DNA of 64,000 bases from Vicugna vicugna (Eukaryota). The position numbers and the translations under genes were made by a program. The notes under the pieces were generated by a model, which saw only the letters and a list, made by a program, of their open reading frames with translations, was not told where the DNA came from and did no database searches. This document shows positions 26,110-37,575 of the stretch, piece by piece. The stretch is taken from contig MU057713.1 of assembly GCA_013265495.1 (NCBI GenBank), positions 4,757 through 68,756 of the forward strand, written 5' to 3'. The first letter of the stretch is position 1. Every line of letters starts with the position of its first letter.

Positions 26110-28960
26110 CCTTCTCTTTGGAGCTCTGATAAGTCCCCCCTTTTATTATTATATATGATCTTTGTCTCCAGTTACAATCTTCGCCTTTTTATTTTTAACT
26201 TTTTTTTATTGCGTTATAGTCACTTTACAATGTTGTGACAGTCTTTGTCTTAAAATCTATTTTGTCTGGTAGAAGTGTAGCTGCCCTGACTCTTTTATGG
26301 TTTCTATCTGCATGGAAATGTTTTCCATTCCTTCCCTTTCAGTGTCTGTGTATCCTTACTCTGAAGTGAATTTCTTGTAGGCAACATGTGGATGAGTCCT
26401 TTTATTCCCCCTTTAATCTATCTGGCCACTCTGCATCTTTTGATTAGAGAATTTTATCCATTTACATTCAGTTATTGGTAGGTATGGGCTTAGTAACACC
26501 TTGTTGTTCCTCCCTGTTCCTTTCCTCTCGGGCTCTCTTCCTTCGTAATTTGAAGACTTTCTTGAGTGGTGAGCTTAGATTCCTTTCTCATTATCTTCCG
26601 TGCTTCTACTGGAGGTTTCTGCACGTGGTAAGCCTTCCGGGGTGCCTTACACGGTACATGTAAAGCTCTAAGGTTTCATTCTCCCACCCTGCGTTTTCTG
26701 TTTTGATACCACGTTTTACATCCTCTTACCTTGTGTATCCCTTAGCTAATTATTGTAGTTGTACTTTTTTAAACATTTTTTTTACTGATGTATAATCATT
26801 TTACAATGTTGTGTCAAATTCCAGTGCAGAGCACAATTTTTCAGTTATACACGAACATATATATACAGTCATTGTCACATTTTTTTCTCTGTGAGCTACC
26901 ACAAGATCTTGTATATATTCCCCTGTGCTATACAGTATAATCTTGTTTATCTATTCTACAATTTTGAAATCCCAATCTATCTCTTCCTGCCCCCGCCCCA
27001 CTGGCAACCACAAGTTTGTGTTCTATGTCTGTGAGTCTGTTTCTGTTTTGTGTTTATGCTTTGTTTTTTTTTTAGATTCCACATATGAGCGATCTCATAT
27101 GGTATTTTCCTTTCTCCTTCTGGCTTACTTCGCTTAGAAGGACACTCTCCAGGAGCATCCATGTTGCTGCAGATGGTGTTATGTTGTCAGTTTTTATGGC
27201 TGAGTAGTATTCCTATTGTAGTTATACTTATTTTTACTTTTGACTTTTACTCTAAGTAATAGTTTTATAAGTAATTCATTCACTAACTTTCCTATATATT
27301 TACCTTTTACTGAGATGTATGCTATTATATGTTTTCTTGTTACTAATTATTGCTCTTTCTTTTCAACTTAAAGAAGTGCCTTTAACTTTTGTGAGAACAG
27401 TTTAATGATGGTGAACTCTGTGCGTTCATGCTTATCTGGAAAACTCTCTCCTTCACCTCTGAAGGATAACTTTGCCATGTAGAGTGTTCTTGGATAGTAG
27501 GTTTTTTTTGGTTTCTTCCCCCTCAGCACTTTGAATATTTCATGCCACTCCATCCTGGCCTGCAAAGTTCCCCTGAGAAAACTACTGATGGTCTTAAGGG
27601 GTTTCCTTTACATAACAGGTTGTTTTCTCTTGCTGCTTTTAAGATTCTTTCCCTCTTGTTAAATTATGACATTTTAATTATAACGTGCATGGATTGGTTT
27701 CCTTGGGTTTCATCTCATTAGGAACTCTCTGGGCTTCCTGAGTGTGAATGTCCGTTTCCTTCTCCGGGTTAGGGAGATTTTTCAGTCGTTATTTTTTCAA
27801 ATAAGCTTTCTGCCCCCTTTTCTCTTTTTTTCCTTTTGAGACCCCAAAATGCCAGTGTTAGTCTGCCTGATATTGTCCCAGACGTTCCTTAAGCCGTCTT
27901 GACTTTTGTCCTTCCTTTTTCTTTTTTGGTGCTCCGACTGGAGTGTGCCCCACCGACCTGTTCTCAAGTTCCCTGATCCTTCTTTTGGCTTCCTCCAGCC
28001 TGCTGTGGACCCCCTGCAGTGTGGTTTTCAGTTCAGTTATTGTCTTCTTTAGCTCTGTGGCTCCTATTTGGTACTTTCTGTATTTTCTGTCTCTTTGCTG
28101 AGGTTCTCTCTGTGTTCATTTATTCCTCTTCCAAGTCCAGTGATCATTTTATGAATATTATTTTGAATTCTTTACCAGGTCAGTTACTTCTATCCATTTC
28201 ACTAAGGTCTATTTTTCTGAAGTTTTATCTTGTTCTTTTCTTTGGAACATATACCTCTGTTTCCTCATTTTTCTTGACTCTGTGTTGGTTTCAACACATC
28301 AGATGAAACAGCCACCTCTCCCAGTCTTGAAGGAGTGGCCTCATTAGACGGTAAGGCTTAGCTCTCAACCCTGTCCTAGCTCTTGGTTGTTTCTCAGACC
28401 TCTGTGATTGTCCAAGCAGTCTATTTTATTTGTATCAGCTCCCGGTGGGTAATGGCATGCCACTACCTTCCAGTGTCCCAACGTGGGGTTCTCAACCAGC
28501 ACCTAGATTCAGGCTGAATGTAAGCTAGACCCTCAGGCAGCAGTTTTTAAAGGATGCAAATACATGCAGTCCTGTGGGCTGCCAGCGTAAGCCCTGTTGG
28601 CCCACAGAGCCCCATGACCTGGAGGCAGCCTCTGGGTGTGGGACCGGGGTGTGCTTTAGTCTGCCGCCTGTCCTGGACCCTGGGGGTGGAAGCTTGTCAA
28701 GGACCGTTGCTCTGATTGTCGCAGTCTCATGGGATCCCGAAATACCAACTCCACAGTTTCTAGTGCCAGGGGATCAAGACATTCCCCTGGGTAGTAGGAG
28801 CAAAAACCAGGGCACCAGGCATAAAAACCAGGATACCAGATTCGTGTACAAGTTCCCTCCTAGGAGACACTGGCACTCTGGAGCATGGCATCGGGGGAGC
28901 GTGAAGATGGCAACCATAAGGTAAAAAAAACCACCCCACAGCTGAAACAAGGCAGGAGAG
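26110..28960 (-). mobile_element. Old L1 (5' UTR, ORF1, start of ORF2), degenerate, carrying two nested younger L1 tails
   Basis: ORF 27368-27565 gives an ORF1p C-terminal motif (QARMEWHEIFKVL...YPRTLYMAKLSF). Endonuclease-region-like DNA at 26240-26470 and GC-richer 5'-UTR-like DNA at 28300-28960. Confidence 0.8.
26767..27213 (-). mobile_element. Young L1 3' end nested in the older L1
   Basis: Same 3' UTR type as 15185-15487. TSD tattgtagtt(g/a)tactt at 26751-26766 and 27214-27229. Confidence 0.9.
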
Positions 28961-28974
28961 CACGGAGGCGATGC

Positions 28975-29135
28975 CACCAGCCTACCCATGTATGAAGGGC
29001 ATTCTGCTTTGCTCAGGCCTGCCAACTTAAATGTAAATTGTATCTAAAAACACTCCCATAGAAACATCCTGAAAAGTGATAAAATACGTAGGCACTCTGG
29101 CCCAGACAAGGTGACACATACAATTAACCATCATA
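28975..29135 (-). mobile_element. MLT2 (ERVL) LTR fragment
   Basis: gggcattctgctttgctcag...ggcccagacaaggtgacacatacaattaaccatcata matches an MLT2 terminus. Confidence 0.7.
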
Positions 29136-29920
29136 CCAACTAATACCTTGCCCTTGACTTCTTCTGAACACACGATGCCACCTATACTTTACCACCTACT
29201 GATAAAAATAAAAGATCATCTACTGACTGAGCTAGTTACAAAACAATTCTTGAACTTCTTTCTGGTGGAACTTGAGATTCTCTCTCAGTGTGACCGTTCC
29301 TCTTGTAAAGCCAGAAAGAGGTGGCTGACATCTGCATCTTGAACAGAGGTGTGTCTACCATCGTGATTGGTCAATAGAGGCCCCATTGTGTGCTAGATCA
29401 AAAGAGAAGTGCCCTGGAGAATCAGGTATGCTTATTCCAAAACAAATGGTATGGGAGTTCATAGAAGGGTGAAGAAAAAGGAAACTGTCCATAAATTATC
29501 AGCAAGATTCAAATGGAGGGACATCTAATTATGCGTAAGCTCAGGAAGCTGTCACTAACAGCCCATCCTCATCCTAGCACATGAGCTCCAGGAGGACCAT
29601 GGAGTTGCTGAGCATACTCTGTAAGCCTGCATCATGAGATGGGGTTGGTATACACATGTGGGAATAAGGCCGAGAAAATCACAGCACAGAAGAAACGGGA
29701 GGATGCTATTAAGCTTGTAAGGCCTTGACGAGCTGGGTAGATGGAACATGACTGCACAGCGAGTGGCCACTGAATTAAAAATCACCTGATCCCTCCTGAC
29801 AATGTCTCCGTTTTCCTGTAATTTCAGTAACTTATGAAAGGCTAAGGCCTTCGTGGAAGGCTCCTATTACTACCAAAAATACCCCCACCCATGTGAGAGG
29901 TTACAGCACTACTGAAAACA

Positions 29921-30095
29921 CAGTCCACTCTAAACAGCATGCGGCTTTGCGGTGCCCACCCCCGCACAGTTGACAACCTGCGTGTACACCATTCCACGTC
30001 CCCAGATGCACCCCACCGTGGAGCTCACAGCAGTATAGAACTATTGAAAAAAGTCTACATGTAAGTGGAACCGTGTGTTGTTCAAGGGTCAACTG
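29921..30095 (+). mobile_element. TcMar-Tigger MITE (MER8-like), internally deleted
   Basis: Right end ctattgaaaaaagtctacatgtaagtggaaccgtgtgttgttcaagggtcaactg. Confidence 0.7.
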
Positions 30096-30752
30096 AACTT
30101 CTGCTCTAGATTTTTTTAATCCACTGATATGAACGCTTTTCTTTCATATTATACCACCAATATCATATGTAGTGATGAGATACGGTTTCACTGAATAGAG
30201 TCTGCTAGACCATTACACAGGAGAAATGTGGATTTGTCAAAAGTTACCATTAACAGCTTTTATTATAAGCTTTAGTCATAAGGGAATTCCCTTACAGCTC
30301 ACATAAGACGTCTTCAAAATTATAACGTGTAGGCAGATAGTTCGCATTTGTATTATATGTGCAGGGGGGCGCTCAACAAGTTTATTTCACTTGTGAAATT
30401 TCATCTCAAACAATAGTTGGCTGTCTGGCGGACATTTGCCTTCAGTAATCTCACAAATCGATCATATGTTGTAACTGAAGTTGGAGGCAGAGATTTCTAA
30501 TCTTGATACCTGTTTAAATGTATCTGTCAGCCAAAGTGTCTGCTGAGAATATTCAATTTTATTTCAAGAGAGAACAAAAGCATCTCAGTTATGAATCCTA
30601 GAAACAGGCTGACCAAATCAGCTCTCTCCACAATTACTCCAACAGCCCTTTCAAGAATAGGGTATTTCAAAGTTGCAAAGCAGAGATTGCATTCGATTAT
30701 TTGCAAACATCCTTTGCAAATGAATTTACACTGCCCCATGTTACTTAGTCTG

Positions 30753-30772
30753 TCTCTCTCTCTCTCTCTCTC
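30753..30772. repeat. (TC)10 microsatellite
   Basis: Direct reading. Confidence 0.9.
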
Positions 30773-31983
30773 CCTCCTAGTTTTCCTTTAACAGGACTGG
30801 AGTAAGAATAGGAGATCCAAGGTAAAGGTAAAATATGTTTGCCACCAGAAGAGAATAAGCAATAAAAGATAAAGGTAAAAATAGCCAACAGTGAGCAGAA
30901 CCTCAGTGTAACAGCCCTTTATTGACTGGGCTAATCCGACCGTAAATCATGGGAAGCCAACATTGCTGCTTAATAGGAGCAAAACACAATAATACTGAAC
31001 CATGGCTGCTGAAGGTACATTCAGCAGCTAAATCACTCTCATTTTTAACAAGTTCAATATAAAACATTACATAAAAGGAATTCCCTGGCTTAGTATAAAC
31101 TGTAAAGATTTTTGTTTCTTTGCTTTAATTTGGCAATTTGAGTTTTGTATCTTAGATCACATTTTAATTGAGTGGCTGATTTTGCTGTAAGTAGTAATGC
31201 TATTTAAAGTTTTAAAGTGTTCTATAAGCTCAAATCATTAATAAGTATGTGCAATGGTATAAGGTTCCAATATTCTTATTTGCTGGTGGCAATTTTAAAT
31301 TATTTTCAGTTTAATCAGCATTATTACTGTGGCCCCATACACAAAGTCCCTCCCCTTCCCCTCCTCATATATTTTATAACTGGTAGAAAATTTTCAAGTG
31401 ATTTAATAGTCTAGTCCAAAAAGTACTCATTCAGTGTTAGATTCTTCTCTATGAATAGTTCATCAAGAGGAAAGTCGTCTAGTTGAGAAAGCATTTTGTT
31501 TCCTTATTGTAGCGCAGCACCAGATGCAAAAGTGAAAACGATTCAGTCTTGACGTCACAGAACAGTGTTTTCATTGTGCTTAGTCACTACATACTAAGGA
31601 AACAAAGTACTGAATCAATTGCCCTCGAATGGCCTAAAAATCTGTTATCCGTGAGTTTTAGGAGGTTACAGGTCATGCAACACTCAACTGCCAGTATCCT
31701 CCTGTGGCACCGGCGCAGACCTCTGTCCCGCCGCTTCTGCACCTAAAAGCGATTTATTGACTTTCTCTCCAATTGACTGTGAACTCCTGGACAGCAAGGA
31801 GTCATAATGTTTTTTAAAAAATTGAATCCCTAAAGCCTACCACAGTATCAGGCACATAGCCACAAAGCAGACCTACAACTGATCTCCAGAATGAATGAAC
31901 GAATGAGTGGATAAGCCTCCCTTGAATCGAGTTTGTTGATTCTGCAAAAGGGATTCACATTCTTATTTTTTTTTAAGTTTCTC

Positions 31984-32440
31984 TACTCAGCCATAAAAAA
32001 GAATGAAATAATGCCATTTGCAGCAATGGATGGACCTAAAGGTCATCATAATAAGTGAAGTAAGTAAGTCAGACAAATAAATCCATGTATTTCATGGCAT
32101 CACTTGTATGTGGAATCTAAAAAAATGAGACAAATGAACTTACTCACAAAACAGAAACAGACTCACAGACATAGAAAACAAACTTATGGTTACCAAAGAG
32201 GAAGGGGAATGGATAAATTAGTTTGTATCTCCTAATCCCAAACTCCTATCATATATAAAATAAACAACAAGGACCTTCTGTACAGCACAGGGAACTATAT
32301 TCACTATCTTGTAATAATCTATAATGGAAAAGAATATGTATATATATGTATGTATGACTGAATCACTATGCTGTATCCCAGAAACTAACACAACATTGTA
32401 AATCAACTATACTTCAATTTAAAAACACAAAACAATAAAA
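31984..32440 (+). mobile_element. L1 3' end (L1MA-like), antisense to TAFA2
   Basis: tactcagccataaaaaagaatgaaataatgccatttgcagca...aacattgtaaatcaactatacttcaattt plus an A-rich tail. Confidence 0.9.
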
Positions 32441-35239
32441 ATGTTGCTAACACTCCATTCTGTTTTAAATAGATGCATATTCTGCAATGTTTACACTGTG
32501 TGACCAATGACACCACCTAACCAGGAGGCAAGTTTTAAGATTATGAGAGAGTAAATAATATTCAGTTAATGGCTCATGAACTTCCATTATTTCTTGCAAA
32601 TACCACGTTCAGAAAGAAACTGAAAGGCCACGTACTCTGTCTGTAGGTTCTATATCCTTGTGGTATCAACTGACAGCCCTGGCTCTCTGGAGCCCCCTCC
32701 TCTATGTTCTCCCAGACTCTGGTCTCTTGGTTTTCCTTGCTCTCTGTCCACACTTCACGTCACTTAGCAGGCACCTGCTTCTACATTACCTGCTAACGTG
32801 TCGTTGATGCTCTTCCCTTTCAACACGTTCCTTCTGAGAGCGCCTTCTTAATTAAGCATTTCAACACCTTCTAGGGGATAACTATTCTCAGGTTTCTATG
32901 GCAATATATCAAACTATCCACTTGATATCTCTACCTCACCATAGCTTTATCCATTAATATCACCAACTAGGTTAAGCAAGAAATATCTTTCTAGAATTTT
33001 CTTTCACTAACCTCTTATATTCAATTAATTACCAAGTTCTATAGATTCTGCTCCCTGGCCCTTGACACTCCCACTAGATCAATCCCTATCTTAGTTCAGG
33101 CCCGTTATTTCACACTTCCCTCATTTTCCTACGATTGAGACACTGCAGCCAAACAGACTTTATAAGGTGTCAGCTGGACCCTTCTCTTCTCCTATTTAAG
33201 GTTATTCAGTGATTCAGCAACGGCTTAGAGGGTAGCATCCAAGCCTTCCAGCCTGGCAGTAAAAATGTAATGCTTCCCCTCCCAGGAATTCCCTGTCACC
33301 CCACTTATGCTCACACACATGAAGTTCCCCCATGAACTGATTTCAATTCCAAGAGTGAGACGTTGTCTTCTACACCTCCATGCCTCTGCATAAGCTGTTT
33401 TGTGTTTGTTTTAGTAAACTGAACTAGTCAGCTCTGAATTTCTGCTCATCCTTTAGGTTACAAATGAATGACTTCCAGAAATGAGGAACGTACTGTTCCC
33501 CAAGGCAGCACATTCAACACCGTCCTGAGATGACACCAAGACAGGTATTCCTTGCCCTCAAGTATACTCTTTATAGTTGCACAAAACAAATATATATTTT
33601 TTTCTTTCACATGATATATCTTCAAATAATTTAAAACATGTGACTCCTAGTACTTCTGTTCTCTGGGGTAAAGATCTACAAAACCGTTTACATAAACTTT
33701 TTTTCCTAGCCCACTGAAAGTTGGGCTCCAGAACTTTCCTGGGTATCACTGATGAGGTCGCACAATGAGATTATAGAGTGAAGCTCAACTCCACCCCTTG
33801 TCTGATGCACAACTCAGCCAGTGGGGCCATTACTCAGAGGTGGACCACCTGGCAGGGAGCTGGGATTCACTCTCATCCTAGAGAGATTTGGGGATTAGGC
33901 CATAGCTGTGTCTTCCTCCACAATCTAAGTGCAAAGCATTGGGAATTCTGAGCTTAGGGGATAATTTACCCCACTCTCCAAAGAAAATAAAATTGTATCT
34001 GAAATCATTGATTAAGAGATTTAAATTCCAGTTAAAAACGTGTGAAGAGTAGAGGAGGGAAACAGGCAGGAGAGAATGTATTCAGGAAAGGTCGTTTTTG
34101 TTTAATAGGAAGGCTTTTGCCCACCGCAGGAAGAGAAGGCGGCACAGAATCCCAGCAGCCAGGGCGCCCCGCGCCACCTGCCCTGTTCTCCCGCGTCCCG
34201 GGCTGTGCCGCTCTGTTTCCGGGCGCTCCAGGGACAGATGCGTGCTGCCTCTCCCAGGAATACTTACCTCTGAACAAACAGCAAGCTCCTCAATCTTAAA
34301 AACAAATCCCTGACAGAATTTTAGCCTTCCATTAATAGACAGGGATATTACTTAGGAAAGAGCCTAAAGATGTGCCTCTCGGTTGCTAATGAAATTCTCC
34401 GATGCCCAAACTAGATTCCATTACAACGTGTGAACATTCACCATCAGTTGTAAGGTTATAAGCGCCGTATTCAGAGTAACACCTACGAATCAACACTTGG
34501 CTCAAGTACCACAGAAGCATTTCCATCTCACAGGAACTTCAAAGCACTCACGTGCTTCCCATTTCTCATTTTAGTTGTAAAAATATAGGCCAAGCTCTGG
34601 AAATCTAGCCCTGATGAAACATTTTTTTAAAGTCTTAGCAATAATTTCCAACAACTCTCCAAAGAAATAACAAGGGAGACACTCCTGGCTCTATTAAATT
34701 AGAATTAATTAAGTAAGCAGCTCTTACATTTAAAGTATCAGGTTTAAAATGCCACTTTTTATAGTGCTACTTCCTGGACACCTGGCTCGGTGTCCTGCCT
34801 ACCCTTAGACTCGAATCTAATTGAGGGGAAAAAAAACCCTTTGATAGAATAATTTGTTTCTTTCCACCTCACTTTTGAAAACTTAATATTATTCGAGTAA
34901 TTATACAGCTCCTTAAGTGCTTTTTTTTTCAAATATCCGTATCACTTGAGATTTAAAATCTTTTCTAATCTGAATTTCACTCAACGTCTGCATCTTTTTC
35001 TTACTACAGTAAAAAAATTTTCATCTACTCTTCTTAATATCAAGTTCAAGATGTTACAGCATATTTAATTTTCCATTAAATTAAATCAGCTAGATTTAGT
35101 GGCTATTAATGTAAAACACAGAACCTGCTCTTCCCACAGTTCTCTCCAACTCACCTACTGGCACCTTCCTCATTCTGTTAGCTCAGGACAAAAACTGAAG
35201 TCGGCTGTGACATGCCTCACGTACCTTTGTAACCCGAAA

Positions 35240-36080
35240 ATCTGCGCCCCTGCCCTTGCTCACTTCCCCCAGCCGCGCCAGCACCGCTGCTGTCTCCACT
35301 GTGCTACCGCCAGGGCGGCTTCCGCGGCAGGCGCTCCGCGCCCGCCCCTCCCTGCACCGGGAGCGCCTCGCGGTGGTCCACAGGACACGCTCACCCCCCA
35401 GCTCCTTCAGGGTCTCAGCCAAAGCGAAGCCTCCCCCGACTCAGCAGTCTCCACCCCGCCCTCCCTGCTTTACCTTCTCCCCGGCACCTACCACCACCCA
35501 CCATACTACATGCTTTGCTTGTTTGTCTTCATTTTTGTCTCCCCCTGTCGGGGAGGCAGAACGCGCCCTTTGGTAGGTAGGCGCACCTCCCAGATTGCCG
35601 TGCCCTGAGCAGTCAGAGGGGCACTGATCTAAGCCCGGCTGTGAAGGGGCTTGGCCGTGGGATTGAAGCTGCTTATCAGCTAGCCTTAAAATAGGGTGAC
35701 CAGCCCGCAGTCTCTGGGCAAGACTGCTGTAGTCATTTGAGCTTTTAAAAGCCAGAGAGTAAGGCGGCGGAGAGCGGGGGAAGGCGGAGGTCGGAGAGAC
35801 TCGAAGGGCGAGGAAGGCTCGGCACACCGCGGCTGCTTTGAAGATGAAGGCGGCGGTGCGATGAGGAAAGCCGCGCTGACGGAGGGGAGAGGCCCCCCGA
35901 CGGCAGCTCCTGGGGCCGAAACCTCACCCCGACGTTCACGAGGGACCCAGTTCCGCCCAGGAGCCTGAACGGGCTTGGGAGCAGATTCCCTACTGGGGTC
36001 CCCAGGAAAGAGGCACAGCGCAGTGCGAACGGGTAAGCGCACTTGGATGTTGGGTCGAGTCGCTAAATGTGCGGTAAGTC
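35240..36080. promoter_or_regulatory. Intronic CpG-rich island (CpG-island-like)
   Basis: Abrupt high GC and CpG density against an AT-rich background, judged by eye and not computed. Confidence 0.6.
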
Positions 36081-36117
36081 ACTAAACGTGCTAAGGCAGC
36101 AACAGAAAACCAATGCA
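35546..36117 (+). mobile_element. MaLR LTR (MLT1E-like) inserted into an L2 3' end
   Basis: MLT1 motifs gctgtgaagggg, ccttaaaataggg, gctttgaagatgaagg and end ggcagcaacagaaaaccaatgca. L2 tail text runs tgtctcccc| before it and resumes ...gccctgtgagggcaggg after it (L2 ~35290-35545 and 36118-36240). Confidence 0.75.
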
Positions 36118-36461
36118 TTCTAATAAAACACAGGCCCTGTGAGGGCAGGGGTTCTCATCCCTTTTTTCCCCCTCCTGTGCTGTGCTTTAGAACCTAGACT
36201 ACCACCTGCAATAATAGACAATAAACACTTGTTGAAGGAAACAATATATACAGTTTATACATTCTTTCCTATGAAATCCATATTTTACAAGATTTTCTTG
36301 AATTTTTTACCCCAAAACATTGACTAAAAATATTTAAACTTAAAATGTAAAAGGTGGATTGATGTGAAACCTGTCCATTCAGCAGTTTGTGCCTTTGCAA
36401 GTGCAGTGGTCATCACATCCACGGAGCCGACACAAGAAGCAATCAAACACCACTTCTAAAG

Positions 36462-36720
36462 GAGCAGTTTTCAAACTGCATGTTGTAACTTAGTGGCAGG
36501 TTAAAACGTCAATTTATGGGGTTGATGAAGGGAGGGAGGGAGGGAGAAAGGAAATGAACCCCCCCCCCCATGAGAACTTTAATTTTACTGTGGAGTGTAT
36601 AAGTGCAAGAGAGAGAAAGTGTGAGAGTGTGTGTGTTATGTATATGTATATGTGCTAGATCACAATGTAAGCTGTATTTTTTTTACTTGGGTACCATCAG
36701 AGTAATTTGGAAACCCACAG
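36462..36720. mobile_element. hAT-Charlie DNA transposon remnant
   Basis: Ends agcagttttcaaactg...aatttggaaacccacag resemble Charlie-family termini, with a low-complexity interior. Confidence 0.45.
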
Positions 36721-37451
36721 CCGTAAAGGTCATTGTGTTCTGTGTTGCGGACCAGGTGCAGTTTAGAGCCTGACCACAGATGAAATAAAGACACAACAAC
36801 AGGGAATGTGTCTGTTAAGAAAGGACCACACTCCCCGAAATTGGCAAGGCAGGAAGAGAGCCTGTGAATGAATAATTCACACAGATTGCACTACCTTAAG
36901 GTGAGGAAGCGAACCTTTTTCCTTTCGCTGTGTTCTTCCTTTGCCTTGGGCCTGGAACAGCGCCCCCGGACACTGGTCAGACCCCCCAGCAGAGAACAGT
37001 GACTAGGTCTTGGTACAAAATTGGGCAGCATCTGGAAGGGGATGACTGGAGGCTTTAATTAGCAAAGCATCCTAAAATGCTATTTCTTTGCTCCCTTAGC
37101 AGGAGAGGATTAAAAACCTAGCATCACCTATCTTCTGAGATTAGCCAGTTACCAAGTATCATATAAATTTAGCCGGAAAGGAAGTTAGAAATGTCCTTGG
37201 CACGTGGAATCAAAGAATAAATATCGGTTAGTCTTGAAATTGAATCTAGCTCAACATCCTCATTTTTTTTTTTTTGCAGATGAGGAAGCTGAACTGCAGG
37301 CTGATGCTGCCCCCATTATTGTAACAATGTTACTCTTGACTTCTATTTACCAGTGATCCCAGTGTTTATTGCTAGTGGGCTGCATATGGGTAACAAAAAG
37401 GGTAATGCAGTTGTATACTCCTCATGCCCCCACTCAAGGGCACTCTCCTGG

Positions 37452-37575
37452 CAGGGAGGGTCTATATATAGCTTAAGAGCGCATGCTTAGCATGCATAAG
37501 ATCCTGGGTTCAATCCCCAGGACCTCCAATTAAAAAACAAACCTAATTACCTCCCCCCCAAAAACAAAAACAAAC
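37452..37575 (+). mobile_element. tRNA-derived SINE, camelid vic-1-like
   Basis: gagcgcatgcttagcatgcataagatcctgggttcaatcccc (B-box GGTTCAATCC), then aaacctaattacctcccccc and an A-rich tail. Imperfect 17-bp TSD caagggcactctcctgg (37435-37451) / caagggcgtgctccagg (37576-37592). Confidence 0.85.

Noticed and set aside
30358..30376. CTCF-like gtgcaggggggcgctc
   Set aside because: It lacks the 5' CCA/CCG half of the core and has an extra G, so the match is only partial.
35099..36042. Several 100-170 aa ORFs in the GC-rich island, and the idea that this is the main promoter of a gene
   Set aside because: The ORFs lie over L2/MLT1 sequence, are low-complexity and are expected in GC-rich DNA. The island sits inside the last TAFA2 intron, not at its 5' end.
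37452..37530. tRNA-like sequence with a B-box
   Set aside because: Degenerate A-box, no cloverleaf, and an A-tail with TSD show it is a SINE, not a tRNA gene.
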